64,000 bases of DNA, taken from NCBI GenBank assembly GCA_002633005.1, contig NMRA01000487.1, positions 241,010 to 305,009 on the forward strand, in the 5' to 3' direction. Source of the DNA: Phoronis australis (taxonomy: Eukaryota > Animalia > Phoronida). Numbering within the stretch: position 1 is the first letter of the stretch; each line of letters starts with the position of its first letter. Positions 63,795 through 64,000 of the stretch are shown piece after piece. Made by a program: the position numbers and the translations under genes. The notes beneath the pieces were generated by a model. That model saw only the letters and a program-made list of their open reading frames with translations, had not been told where the DNA came from and did not search any database.

Positions 63795-64000
63795 CCGTAA
63801 TCGTTCGGGTTAATGTCCATGCTCAGTTAACCGCCCACCCCTACTTTAGGTGGATTTTCGATTTAACCGCCCACTGCTCGGTTAACCGCCCCCCTGCTAT
63901 TTTTGAAGATTTCCAATTAAGCGCCCACCTCTCGGTTAAGCGCCCATCCCCTACTTTTGACGATTGGTGATTACCGCCCTGTGCTAATAGGAAACGCGAA
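63795..64000. mobile_element. Left end of another TA-CCGTA DNA transposon (runs off the window)
   Basis: ta-ccgtaa terminus with repeated subterminal ttaaccgccca motifs. Confidence 0.55.

Overview
AT-rich, intron- and transposon-rich animal (invertebrate-type) genomic DNA with a 969-N gap at 20493-21461. It holds four host genes. (1) The 3' part of NOP53/GLTSCR2 (+, 9 exons, 462-8273), with one U12-type minor intron. (2) A spliced M4-family zinc metalloprotease (-, 10870 to at least 16356) that is colinear with Pseudomonas elastase/vibriolysin-type prepro-enzymes; it is the best candidate for a domesticated bacteria-to-animal horizontal transfer. (3) The first six coding exons of ULK4 (+, 23254-35496; next exon not seen). 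(4) An antisense MGAT4C-like GlcNAc-transferase (-, 46704-59538) that stops before the C-terminal lectin domain and is probably nested in a large ULK4 intron. Mobile DNA includes a HERO-type RLE retrotransposon, a TTAA Kolobok-like element, three copies of a TA-flanked Tc1/mariner-like family carrying a decayed HIRAN-like ORF, self-nested Helentron-associated (HINE/DINE-1-like) elements with phased CTCF-like motifs, Harbinger- and Transib-like MITEs, L1/Tx1 fragments, a Penelope-type hammerhead relic and an 18 x 47-bp minisatellite. Exon boundaries were read by eye from splice signals and frame continuity. Family assignments are from recalled motifs, not database searches.
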